A stretch of DNA of 64,000 nucleotides. It comes from a virus. Within the stretch, counting starts at the first letter, position 1, and every line of letters starts with the position of its first letter. This document shows, in pieces, positions 20,924-30,860 of the stretch. The notes under the pieces are model-generated. The model was not told the origin of the DNA. It saw nothing but the letters and a program-made list of their open reading frames with translations, and did not search any database. The position numbers were made by a program, and so were the translations under genes. Location: IMG/VR virus record IMGVR_UViG_3300031521_000015; one strand, given 5' to 3'.

Positions 20924-22411
20924 TTGGACATGTTATTGACAAAGGAAGTTGAAGTAGAACTAAATGGAACTAATGTAAAGCATTATGAAGAATTGGGGTA
21001 TGAAATACTTAGAGAAAAGAAATGGAAGAAATGGTCAATTCCCACGGGTACTAAAATAAAAGTAAAAATTGAAGATGTGCCAAAAGGTTCTCATACAGAA
21101 GTGCAATGTTTGTGTGATTATTGTTTAGAAAAAGGTATAAGGACAGTAATTAATAAAAGATATCAAACACACATAAGAGAAAATAAAGATATTTGTGGTA
21201 AATGTAGTAAGAATAAAATAAAAGAAATACATGCGTTAGAAATTCAAACAAAAGTAAAAGAAACTTTTGACTTAGATATAACAAAGGATGGATATTATGA
21301 TTTAAAAAATGTTCAAAAAGTTATTGAATATTTTATATCAAAAAATAATAGATTTCCTAATACTAAAGAAATGTTATCTGTTTTGTTTATTAGTAATTCA
21401 ATTAGTAAAATGCATGGAGGTATGACCAATATTCAAAAAACTATGGGATATAAAAAAGAAGATTTATTGGTTGATGATAGTGGTATGTCTAATAGATCAG
21501 TTTATGAATATTATACAGCTATGTTTTTGTTAGGATTTAATATTTCATTTAAAAGAGAACAATCTCCATTTCCAAAAGGAGAAGGATTATTCAGAAGTGA
21601 TTTTACTTTTTATTTAGAAAATAATAAAACTATTCATTGTGAAGTATGGGGATACCCTAAAGAATTAAAGTCTAGTTTAGGAATAGCATATAATAAAAAT
21701 AGAAAAATCAAAGAAATATTATATGAAAAACATAATGTAGAATATATATCAATAGAACACGATGTTTTTATAAATGGTCTTGAACATATGCAAACAGAAT
21801 TAAAAAATATATTTAATGATTTTATTATAAATAAAGATTTAGTGTTGTCAGTAGAATATTTATTACCACCATACAAGTTATCTGATACTCAAATATTAGA
21901 AAGAATGATGAAATTTAGTGAAGATAAAAATACTCTTCCATCCTGTAGCCATTTAAGAGATATCGGGCAAAGAATGTTATATGAAGAAGTAATAAAAAGA
22001 TATAAAACTTATAAAACATTTGCAGATAAATTTGATAAAAAATTACTTTCTGATGTATATTGGGACACAGAAAAAGCACATAAATCTATATATGATATAT
22101 GTAATGAATTAAATAAAGATGTATTTAGTAACAATCTATTAGAGAAAGTAATAAAAAATAATAATGAATATAGTGGATTGGGTAGGTTTATTAGTTACCA
22201 AGGTGATTTTGTTGATTATTTTTTAGATTTTATAGAAATAAAAATAATCAATGAAAATGAAATGATAGCTGATGATATTATGAAAAAACTAGTTAATTTA
22301 ACATTTGGTAAATATCCACATAGAAAAAACAAAGTGACAGATTTCCAAATAGAAAAATCAAAATATCTATTAAACTTAATAAAAGAAAAGCAATTTAAAG
22401 AGGTAGTTTAA
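20924..22411 (+). CDS. Free-standing putative homing endonuclease (Zn-ribbon + PD-(D/E)xK-like domain)
   Basis: CDYC...CGKC; FRSDFTF...IHCEVWG...Y...RKIK; Lys-rich unlike its neighbours; has its own promoter and terminator. Confidence 0.6.
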   Translation: MDMLLTKEVEVELNGTNVKHYEELGYEILREKKWKKWSIPTGTKIKVKIEDVPKGSHTEVQCLCDYCLEKGIRTVINKRYQTHIRENKDICGKCSKNKIKEIHALEIQTKVKETFDLDITKDGYYDLKNVQKVIEYFISKNNRFPNTKEMLSVLFISNSISKMHGGMTNIQKTMGYKKEDLLVDDSGMSNRSVYEYYTAMFLLGFNISFKREQSPFPKGEGLFRSDFTFYLENNKTIHCEVWGYPKELKSSLGIAYNKNRKIKEILYEKHNVEYISIEHDVFINGLEHMQTELKNIFNDFIINKDLVLSVEYLLPPYKLSDTQILERMMKFSEDKNTLPSCSHLRDIGQRMLYEEVIKRYKTYKTFADKFDKKLLSDVYWDTEKAHKSIYDICNELNKDVFSNNLLEKVIKNNNEYSGLGRFISYQGDFVDYFLDFIEIKIINENEMIADDIMKKLVNLTFGKYPHRKNKVTDFQIEKSKYLLNLIKEKQFKEVV

Positions 22412-22425
22412 AACTATCTCTTTTT
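22397..22425 (+). terminator. Terminator
   Basis: AAAGAGGTAGTTT/AAACTATCTCTTT plus T tract. Confidence 0.65.
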
Positions 22426-22469
22426 ATTATACAAAAAAATAAATTAAAAAGAAAGAAGGATGATTAATT

Positions 22470-23093
22470 ATGGCTATACCTATAATTTCATGGAGAAATA
22501 TATCAGATTCTAGTGTTGCATCTTTGGCGGATTTCGGAACTGTTGATGCTGGAAGTTCGAGTGCAGTACTACAATTTTATCTTTTTAACAATTTTGCAGG
22601 TAGCAGTATTGTCAGCAATTGCGAAAGTGCAAAATTGACAATAAAGTCAAATACTGGAGGAATTAGCGATTCGGTGGTCGTTTCAGAAAAATGGTCGTCG
22701 GCTCGTTGCGAATCTGCATCAGAGACAAATTACACACAAATAGGAGGTACTTATAACTCAGGAACTTCAGCGTGGGACGAAACAGCTCTCAGTATTTGTG
22801 CAGACTACTCTTCTTTAAGTGGTGCAGTTGTAAGTGCAACTCAACCTAGTACAGGATTAGTTGATGGATTAATATGGGTTAAAACATCAGCATTAGGAAA
22901 TTCTACATACAGATATAACTTAGGCACAACTACTTTTGTTCAAATTTACGAAATAAGTGGTGCTATAAATACTGGTGCAGTAGCTACTTCAAAAGCTAAC
23001 TTTATTAAAATATCGCTCAGAAATGACGTACCTTCAGCTTCACTTGCAGGGACATATTCCTACAAAACTCGACTCAGATACTCATTTGTATAG
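22470..23093 (+). CDS. Putative major filament/fibre subunit
   Basis: Ser/Gly/Thr-rich 207 aa, DFGTVDAG..S motif, followed by its own strong terminator. Confidence 0.5.
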   Translation: MAIPIISWRNISDSSVASLADFGTVDAGSSSAVLQFYLFNNFAGSSIVSNCESAKLTIKSNTGGISDSVVVSEKWSSARCESASETNYTQIGGTYNSGTSAWDETALSICADYSSLSGAVVSATQPSTGLVDGLIWVKTSALGNSTYRYNLGTTTFVQIYEISGAINTGAVATSKANFIKISLRNDVPSASLAGTYSYKTRLRYSFV

Positions 23094-23117
23094 AAAATAC
23101 GTCAAAATAACCACAAT

Positions 23118-23158
23118 AAAAGACTAAGAGAACCTCAAAAAAACTCTTAGTCTTTTTA
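23118..23158 (+). terminator. Terminator
   Basis: Perfect 13-bp stem AAAAGACTAAGAG/CTCTTAGTCTTTT. Confidence 0.75.
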
Positions 23159-23211
23159 TCATACCCAAAATCAACAAATTAAAACAATAACAAAAGGGAG
23201 GCAACAATACA

Positions 23212-23853
23212 ATGTTAGACTTAAAAGAAAATAAAAGATTTTTTAATAATTTCAATTCTCCAACACATCAAAGAGAATTCATCTGGTTTGCAAACTATTA
23301 TGATAATACATATTTAACAGAATTCTCACATTCAACGTTAGGAGAAAATAACTTTTATCTAATAGATAAAAACAAATTAGTACAATTTGGATTGATGGGG
23401 CATGGATATTACTTTAATTTTAATGCTCTTAATGGTCAATTCAATATAAATGAGAAAATAATAGACTTTGCGTATGAATGCAATGGTAACTTATATAGAT
23501 TAACAAATAATAATTATACAATTTTCAATGATATTATAACATATAAAAACGTAATAAGCGATTTTAACCCTCATACTGGTGGAGCAGGACAAAAGTTAAT
23601 AGGAAATATTTATGAATATAATTTTGGATATAAAACTAGATTAGAATTTGACGGTGGATTAGTATTAAACTTTTCAGCAATATGTAGCATTCCTACAACT
23701 GTAGATTCTCCAATGTATTTTACTTTGAAACTAACTTCTAATAAAGATATTGATGGCAAGTTCTTAATAATAGATAATGGTAAGTTAGCAAAAGAAGAAC
23801 AAGCTAATTTAAAAGCAAAAACGTCAGGTCAAATGCAATGGTTTGTGAGGTGA
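23212..23853 (+). CDS. Hypothetical protein of the fibre cluster
   Basis: Long ORF with RBS GGGAGG; aromatic, beta-rich. Confidence 0.65.
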   Translation: MLDLKENKRFFNNFNSPTHQREFIWFANYYDNTYLTEFSHSTLGENNFYLIDKNKLVQFGLMGHGYYFNFNALNGQFNINEKIIDFAYECNGNLYRLTNNNYTIFNDIITYKNVISDFNPHTGGAGQKLIGNIYEYNFGYKTRLEFDGGLVLNFSAICSIPTTVDSPMYFTLKLTSNKDIDGKFLIIDNGKLAKEEQANLKAKTSGQMQWFVR

Positions 23854-23859
23854 TTATAG

Positions 23860-25173
23860 ATGACAAAATTTTCACCAAATCAATTACCAAATCTAAAAAC
23901 ATGGATTTCAGCAGATAGCACGGGGTTAGCTAATAATAGTAATGTACCAGTATGGTATGACAAAAGTGGTAATAATTTAAACTTTACACAAAGTGCTACT
24001 ACACAACAACCACTATTAGTATATAATGCATTGAACGGTTATCCAGTAGTTAGATTTACTGCTTCCTCAACACAAACAATGACATTAGCTTATACTTTTT
24101 CAAATCCTGTAACAGTTTTTTATGTTGCAAAACAAAATGGTGTAACAAATGGAAGAATGTTGTCTGGACTATCTAACAATTGGCTTTTAGGATTTCATAG
24201 TGGAGGAAGACAAAGATCTTATTTTGAAGGATGGACTTCTGTATCTTCAGGAAATCCACTCTCAAACACAACGCCTTATATTTATGATTGTGTCATTCAA
24301 GGTGGATCAATAGCTTCAAAAGCCTATGAGAATGGTACTATATTTTCAAATAGTACAGCAGGAGTAACAGCACCTAATGGACTATCATTAAATGGACATT
24401 TATCAACTAGCGAATTTTCTGATGGAGATATTGCAGAACTGATTGTGTATAATTCAGCCTTAACAGATTCAGATAGGCAACTAGTAGAAACCTATTTAGC
24501 TTATAAGTACAATATCCCAGTATCTACATATTCATATCCAAAACAAATAGGAGACTTTCAGCAACTAGATATATATTCATCTAATTTGTGGTATGAACTT
24601 ACAGAGTTAGTAACATTTAATGGAAAATTCAAACATATCGCAGATAAAAATATAAAATATATTGCAAAAATAAATAGTGATATTATTACTAGTACAGATT
24701 TCATATCTCCATTAACTAATTATATAAATTTTCAAATAGATTACACAAAGTTAAATGTGGGAGATAATCCATTAATAATTTATATTACTGATTCAGATAA
24801 TAATCAATCAACCTTTATATATAATGTTGTTAAAGAAAATAGAGATACAAATTCTATGAATAGAAGTACACTATATGCTTCAGAATGGAATTTAGACAAT
24901 AATAATATAAAGTTTGATGTAGATGGTGGAATTACATTGCAAGGCTATGGTCAAAATATTGCAACTACAAATCATTATTCTCACATTAATACAAAAGGAA
25001 AAGCTAAGATTATTGATATTGATATTGAAGGTAAAGATGATATAACTGAGGTTTTAGATTATGTAAGAGATATGAATAATTATCAAACAGTAGATTCTGG
25101 AATTATATGGACACAAGATTTAGAAATAAATAAATATAAGAATGTAAACAATATTACAACATTAAGAAAATAA
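23860..25173 (+). CDS. LamG/concanavalin-A-like domain protein (pair 1, A subunit)
   Basis: LKTWISAD...WYDKSGN...GDIAELIVYNSAL...VETYLAYKY; C-terminal KENRD module shared with 28183..30822. Confidence 0.75.
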   Translation: MTKFSPNQLPNLKTWISADSTGLANNSNVPVWYDKSGNNLNFTQSATTQQPLLVYNALNGYPVVRFTASSTQTMTLAYTFSNPVTVFYVAKQNGVTNGRMLSGLSNNWLLGFHSGGRQRSYFEGWTSVSSGNPLSNTTPYIYDCVIQGGSIASKAYENGTIFSNSTAGVTAPNGLSLNGHLSTSEFSDGDIAELIVYNSALTDSDRQLVETYLAYKYNIPVSTYSYPKQIGDFQQLDIYSSNLWYELTELVTFNGKFKHIADKNIKYIAKINSDIITSTDFISPLTNYINFQIDYTKLNVGDNPLIIYITDSDNNQSTFIYNVVKENRDTNSMNRSTLYASEWNLDNNNIKFDVDGGITLQGYGQNIATTNHYSHINTKGKAKIIDIDIEGKDDITEVLDYVRDMNNYQTVDSGIIWTQDLEINKYKNVNNITTLRK

Positions 25174-25197
25174 TTAAAAGAAAGTAGGTGATTATAT

Positions 25198-28158
25198 ATG
25201 GCAAATAGCAATCCTTATTTCTTAAGACCTACCAATGGTAGTGGATATTTATCTGTGCCTAATATAGCATTGCCTACTTCATGGACAATGGAATGTTTAT
25301 TTAAATATCCATTAGCATCTCAAGCTTCTTGGAATACATTAACAAGGGGAAATGCTGGAGATCATCAGACTATAGTTCAAAGGTCTAATCTACATTTAGG
25401 TATGTATGACAACATAAATGGTACAGGTTTTAACGATACTGGGTTTGTAATGAGTACATTAAGTAGCGGTTGGCATCATATAGCCATAGTTGGAGAAAAT
25501 AATACACAAAAATATTATATTGATGGTGTTTTAGTAGGAACTTTAGCTAGACAATCAAAATCAGATATTAGGTCAATCGGTGCGTATTGGGGAGACGGTT
25601 CTCAAACATGGGGTGACTTTGATGAATTTAGACTATGGAATGTTGCAAGAAGTCAAGCAAGTATACAAAGATATATGAAGTCTTCAATAATAGTATCAGA
25701 AAACACTTCAACATTAATTGGATATTGGAAGTGCGATGAGGGAATAGGAACGATAGTAAAAGACTCAACAACTTATGCAAGAAATGGAACACTTACAGGA
25801 ACAATAAGTTGGGTGGCAGGAGAAGTAAATTTAGATGAATATTATTCTATTATAAAAGATAATGATAAATACTATAAATTTGTTGACAATGAATGGGTTG
25901 ATACTGGGTTGATTGAACCATTGGCTAAACAGAATTTTGTAGATAATGGTTTATATGATATGACTACTTGGACTACAAACACTACAACAAATTCACAAAC
26001 TATGATTTATGAAAGAGATTTATTGAATTCAAGTGTAGGAAAAGTTTATAGAAAAGTAGTAGATATTGGTAAACTAAGTAAATCATGTGGAAGTATTCAA
26101 ATGGTAGAAATATCACAAAGAACAAATGTAGTATGGACTTCTTTAGTTGGAGTTGTTACAACAAATAATAATTTAACTAAAACCAATACTACAGCAGATT
26201 GGATTTCTAGTGCAATATCTACAAAATCGATTGCTAGTGGAAATGTGACAATGAGTTTTACTGCAAGTGAAACTACGTCATATAGAATGATTGGTTTTAA
26301 TAATTCTAATGCAAACAATAGTTATACCGATATAACCTTTGCATGGTATTTACAAATTAATTCTGTATTAGCAATATATGAAAAAGGAACAAGTATAGGA
26401 ACGTTTGGAACATATGCAATAGGAGATATTTTTAAAATATCGTATGAAAATAGTAAAGTCAAATATTATAAAAACAATGTATTAATATATACAAGTTTAA
26501 CTGCACCAGTATATCCAGCCTTTATTGATACTTCACTCTATACACCTAATGGTACTCTTAATAATGTAGTATTTGGAAGTGGAATTGTTTATAGTTTTAT
26601 AAAATATAATGGAAAAATAATGAATTACAATAGCATAACTAAGCAATTTGTTGATACTGGATTAATAGAACCTTTGGTATATACTGATTTCTCTACAAAA
26701 GGAATTTCTAATCTAGGTTTAGTTGATGCAACTGCATGGCAAACTTTATCTAATTCATTTGAAGTAATAACTTGGACTGACTCTATGACTGAAATACCAA
26801 AGGTATATCTTACTGTGCCAAGTTATAATCCTATATATTGGTTAAACAATCCACAGATATACACTTGGGGAACGAATTCAGGGACAACAGATATGACGTT
26901 GAAAATGAATGTGACAACAGATACAAATGTAAGATATTTAATTTCAAAAGATAATAAAAATACATGGCAATACTTTAATGGTAGCAGTTTTCAAGATGCG
27001 TTATCTTCAGAAATATTCGATAAAGGTATGACAAAAGCACGGGTTCAAAACATAACAGAAAGTCAATGGAATCAATGGTTTCAACGAGGATATATTGATT
27101 TAATGATAGGAATGAAATCTCAAAATCCTGTAAAAGTATCTAACTTTGTAAAAAATATTACAATTAACTTTGAACCCAATCAATATCCAATAGTAAGTAA
27201 TTTTAATATTACTCCAACCAATTTACACAATGGAATGATAACTATTTCTGCTGACGTACAAGATTTAGAAGGAGATACTATTTCATATCAAGTATTAGTA
27301 AACGATAATGTAATTGATAATTTAAATAATGGTGGGTGGTCAGATTTTACAGATGGAATAAACCTTCAACATATAACTTATGATATTCCATATACTGATT
27401 TAAATGTTGGAGAAAATATTATACAATTTTCAGTTAAAGATGATAGGGGACTTCATTATGATTTTATAAATACTATTATAGTTATGGATACTGCACCTTA
27501 TCTTACTATGTTCACTCACGATAATTGGTCTTTAAGTGGGGTAATTAATGATGATGATTCTGATAAAGTGAGATACAGGGTATTGATAAATGGAATTCAA
27601 AAATATCCTCATACAAGTGATTTTGTTAATCCTACATATAGTGAGTGGTTAGATTGCCCTATAAACGTTAATTATTCTTGGAATAGTGGGGACTTAATAT
27701 TTAATCAAAACAATACTATATTAATAGAAATAATGGATGAATTACACACAAAGCAAGTTTATAGTTTTAATGATGTTATAGGAAAATATAAAAACTTAAT
27801 GATAAAAGATACTGATGGGAATTACTATTCAAATGATATGGGACAACTATTAAAATATATTGACTTTAATAATATACAAGTAGGTGAAGAATCTGAAATA
27901 AAAACTATCGTGTTAGAAAATGATTATGGTTATGCAGTACAAAATGTAAAAGTAGAAGTAGATGATAGTCAATTGGAATATGAAGTTTGTTTATGTAAAG
28001 ATACTTCATTTTTGACAAATACAAATACTATAAATTTCAATAATGTGATGTTAGACGGAGAAAGTAAAAATGTTTACATTAAGGTAAAAGCAAATAATGA
28101 TTTTTCAGACACTCCTAAAACAGTATTTAAAGTTATAGCAAGTGCAGATAAAATTTAA
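25198..28158 (+). CDS. LamG-domain adhesin-like protein (pair 1, B subunit)
   Basis: WHHIAIV...YIDGVLV...DEFRLWNVARS...LIGYWKCDEG; C-terminal ~450 aa paralogous to 30861..32435. Confidence 0.75.
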   Translation: MANSNPYFLRPTNGSGYLSVPNIALPTSWTMECLFKYPLASQASWNTLTRGNAGDHQTIVQRSNLHLGMYDNINGTGFNDTGFVMSTLSSGWHHIAIVGENNTQKYYIDGVLVGTLARQSKSDIRSIGAYWGDGSQTWGDFDEFRLWNVARSQASIQRYMKSSIIVSENTSTLIGYWKCDEGIGTIVKDSTTYARNGTLTGTISWVAGEVNLDEYYSIIKDNDKYYKFVDNEWVDTGLIEPLAKQNFVDNGLYDMTTWTTNTTTNSQTMIYERDLLNSSVGKVYRKVVDIGKLSKSCGSIQMVEISQRTNVVWTSLVGVVTTNNNLTKTNTTADWISSAISTKSIASGNVTMSFTASETTSYRMIGFNNSNANNSYTDITFAWYLQINSVLAIYEKGTSIGTFGTYAIGDIFKISYENSKVKYYKNNVLIYTSLTAPVYPAFIDTSLYTPNGTLNNVVFGSGIVYSFIKYNGKIMNYNSITKQFVDTGLIEPLVYTDFSTKGISNLGLVDATAWQTLSNSFEVITWTDSMTEIPKVYLTVPSYNPIYWLNNPQIYTWGTNSGTTDMTLKMNVTTDTNVRYLISKDNKNTWQYFNGSSFQDALSSEIFDKGMTKARVQNITESQWNQWFQRGYIDLMIGMKSQNPVKVSNFVKNITINFEPNQYPIVSNFNITPTNLHNGMITISADVQDLEGDTISYQVLVNDNVIDNLNNGGWSDFTDGINLQHITYDIPYTDLNVGENIIQFSVKDDRGLHYDFINTIIVMDTAPYLTMFTHDNWSLSGVINDDDSDKVRYRVLINGIQKYPHTSDFVNPTYSEWLDCPINVNYSWNSGDLIFNQNNTILIEIMDELHTKQVYSFNDVIGKYKNLMIKDTDGNYYSNDMGQLLKYIDFNNIQVGEESEIKTIVLENDYGYAVQNVKVEVDDSQLEYEVCLCKDTSFLTNTNTINFNNVMLDGESKNVYIKVKANNDFSDTPKTVFKVIASADKI

Positions 28159-28182
28159 TAAAATATAAAAGTAGGTGATATT

Positions 28183-30822
28183 TTGGCAATTAATAATCCA
28201 TATGCTTTAAAATTTGGTGGAACAACAAATGTTACAATTCCACATTCTAACTCATTAAGCCCATTGCGACAAATGACTATAGAGTTTGATATTAAGATAA
28301 ATTCTTTTGTTAATACTTGGATGCCAATTATTTATAAAGGAAATGCTAGGCAATATAGTATGTGGGTACATAGTACAGGACGTATGTATTTAGGAACTGA
28401 AAAGTTAGACGGAACTCAAGAAATTTTATGGAGTGATACTATAACTCCTGTAATGGTGGCGAATACTTGGTATCATATAGCAGGAGTTATTAATAGAGAT
28501 ACAGGTATTCTTAAACTTTATTTAAATGACGCTTTATGGTTTAGTATTGCTATTACAGTAGGAGTCGATACTTTAGTTCAACCTTATCCATTATATTTTG
28601 GAAGTACAACAGAAGTAAATTCAGCATATTCTATGTTTAATGGATATTTAGATAATGTAAGAATGTGGAATATTGAAAGAACATTAACACAAATTAAAGA
28701 TAATAGAAAGAAACAATTAAAAGGAAATGAAAATAATTTAATTGCTTATTGGAAGTTTAATGAAGGAAACGGAACTACGATAACTGACGTAGTTAATGGG
28801 AATAATGGGATAATTGTTAATGGTACTTGGGCAACGGGTGGAGTTGATTTAGATCCAATTTGTGAATTTGATAAAGCAGAAATTATTCCAAGCAATATAT
28901 GGACATATAAAAATAATAATGATAGTTTATTAAAATGTACAATAGATACAGATTTTGGAACTCAAACTCAATATAAAATATTTATAAATGGCATTCAATA
29001 TTATCCATCAAGTGGATATACATTATTAACAACAACTCCATATGATATTCAAATGGCAATTCCTCAAAGTGCTTTTAATTCAGGCAAAAATACTTTATAT
29101 ATAGATGTTTTAAGTGTAGAAAATTATTTATATAGACTTGGGACATATAATGTTTATAAAGAAGACAGAGATAGTACAAGTTCTCAAAGAGACTTTGATT
29201 TTAATTCCGAATATACGATGACAAACAATAATTCAAACTGTAATGAAAATGGTTTATCTTTAATTGGATATGGTACTGATATAGTAATATCTAATGACAA
29301 TTCACAATTAAAGACAATTGGAAAAAGGAAAATAAATAGTATAGCAATAACAGGAACAGATGATTCCATTCAATCTACTACACTTGTAGAAGACATGGAA
29401 ACAGATATGATAGTAGGAACAGGAACTAAATATACGTATGATATAAATTCTGATAGATTCACTGAGTTGAATGGAATGGTGATTTCTAATGGAAATACTT
29501 TAATCCAAACAGACGATAAAGTATATACTTTTAAAGGTACGGGTTATGTAGATATAGGCAATCAAAATCCAACTCAATTAGACTTCCAAAATAATGATGT
29601 TACTAATTTAAATCTATTATTTGCTGATATGAATATTGCAAGATTTGTTCCATCGAATAAAGGTGTTTTGGGTGATGGATATTTATATAGACAAATAGTA
29701 AATTTATCAAAGTATAATGGAGTTAAAAGTGCTATTTATTCCAATGGTATTGTAAACTTTGGTACATATAGGGCGTGGAGTGATGGGACTTATGCAAAAT
29801 CTGCTGAAGAATATCTTAGACCAACAGATGGAAGTCATGTGTATATGGGAGATACAGGTAGTGGCATATATAGAATAAAACCAACACCTTATGACGCCTG
29901 TGGTATATGGACTTTATATCAAGATGCTACAAGATATGAAACAGTAGACTCTAGTCAAAAATGGATAAGATTAAAAAGCACATCATGGTGTGGTTATTGG
30001 GATATGGTAGTTTTATCAGGCACATGTACACTATCATTTGAATATAAAGGAAATGGAACTTTTGCTATTGATAATGATGGAGTTAATGATAATACATTTA
30101 ATGCTACTTTAGTCGGAACATCTGATTGGCAGACATATACTATAACAAAAACATTAGCTACTTCTGGACATTTATTATTATATATGTGTAATACAGTAGG
30201 AACAAACACAGAAATTAGAAACATAAAATTAGTGAAACCAACAGTAATACAAGATGTTTATTGTGATATGAATACATCTAATAATGATGGAGCATGGATG
30301 TTGGTACTTAACACAGGAGTAAAAGGAACATTAACTACAATGGCAACATCAAGTGGAACATTACCTGTATTGTCAGCAAGTACAACCATGTGTAAACTAG
30401 GTGACGATGTTATAAATGCATTACGAGGAAAAGATTTATCAAAGAGTATAATTAAGGTTGATAGACCTAATAACCCTAGTTTTAAAACTTTACCAATTTA
30501 CTTTAGACAAAATACACCTTATATATCAGATTCTCCAAGATACGGAACTGTACAAGATTCTTATCAAACTATTTATATGTATTATCCTCTTTATTTAGAT
30601 GCAAAAAATGGTACAAGTACGGGAAGATATGGTGCAAATGCAACAAATTACGGAAGTGCTTTGAGTACATGGGGCAGTACAAGTTTCCCGTCTACTAATG
30701 CAACTGCTTATTATTTAATAATGAACTACTCTAGTGAAGCTTGTATATCTCATGATTCATCGGCTTACGAAGGGTCAAGATCGGAAAGAAACTGCTTAAT
30801 ATGGGTGAAACAATTAGCTTAA
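28183..30822 (+). CDS. LamG + fibrinogen-C-like domain protein (pair 2, A subunit)
   Basis: WYHIAGV...LDNVRMWN...LIAYWKFNEG; SGIYRIKP...VYCDMNT..GAWMLV. Confidence 0.75.
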   Translation: MAINNPYALKFGGTTNVTIPHSNSLSPLRQMTIEFDIKINSFVNTWMPIIYKGNARQYSMWVHSTGRMYLGTEKLDGTQEILWSDTITPVMVANTWYHIAGVINRDTGILKLYLNDALWFSIAITVGVDTLVQPYPLYFGSTTEVNSAYSMFNGYLDNVRMWNIERTLTQIKDNRKKQLKGNENNLIAYWKFNEGNGTTITDVVNGNNGIIVNGTWATGGVDLDPICEFDKAEIIPSNIWTYKNNNDSLLKCTIDTDFGTQTQYKIFINGIQYYPSSGYTLLTTTPYDIQMAIPQSAFNSGKNTLYIDVLSVENYLYRLGTYNVYKEDRDSTSSQRDFDFNSEYTMTNNNSNCNENGLSLIGYGTDIVISNDNSQLKTIGKRKINSIAITGTDDSIQSTTLVEDMETDMIVGTGTKYTYDINSDRFTELNGMVISNGNTLIQTDDKVYTFKGTGYVDIGNQNPTQLDFQNNDVTNLNLLFADMNIARFVPSNKGVLGDGYLYRQIVNLSKYNGVKSAIYSNGIVNFGTYRAWSDGTYAKSAEEYLRPTDGSHVYMGDTGSGIYRIKPTPYDACGIWTLYQDATRYETVDSSQKWIRLKSTSWCGYWDMVVLSGTCTLSFEYKGNGTFAIDNDGVNDNTFNATLVGTSDWQTYTITKTLATSGHLLLYMCNTVGTNTEIRNIKLVKPTVIQDVYCDMNTSNNDGAWMLVLNTGVKGTLTTMATSSGTLPVLSASTTMCKLGDDVINALRGKDLSKSIIKVDRPNNPSFKTLPIYFRQNTPYISDSPRYGTVQDSYQTIYMYYPLYLDAKNGTSTGRYGANATNYGSALSTWGSTSFPSTNATAYYLIMNYSSEACISHDSSAYEGSRSERNCLIWVKQLA

Positions 30823-30860
30823 AATGGTTAATATTTTTAAAAGAAAGGAGGTATCTCTTT

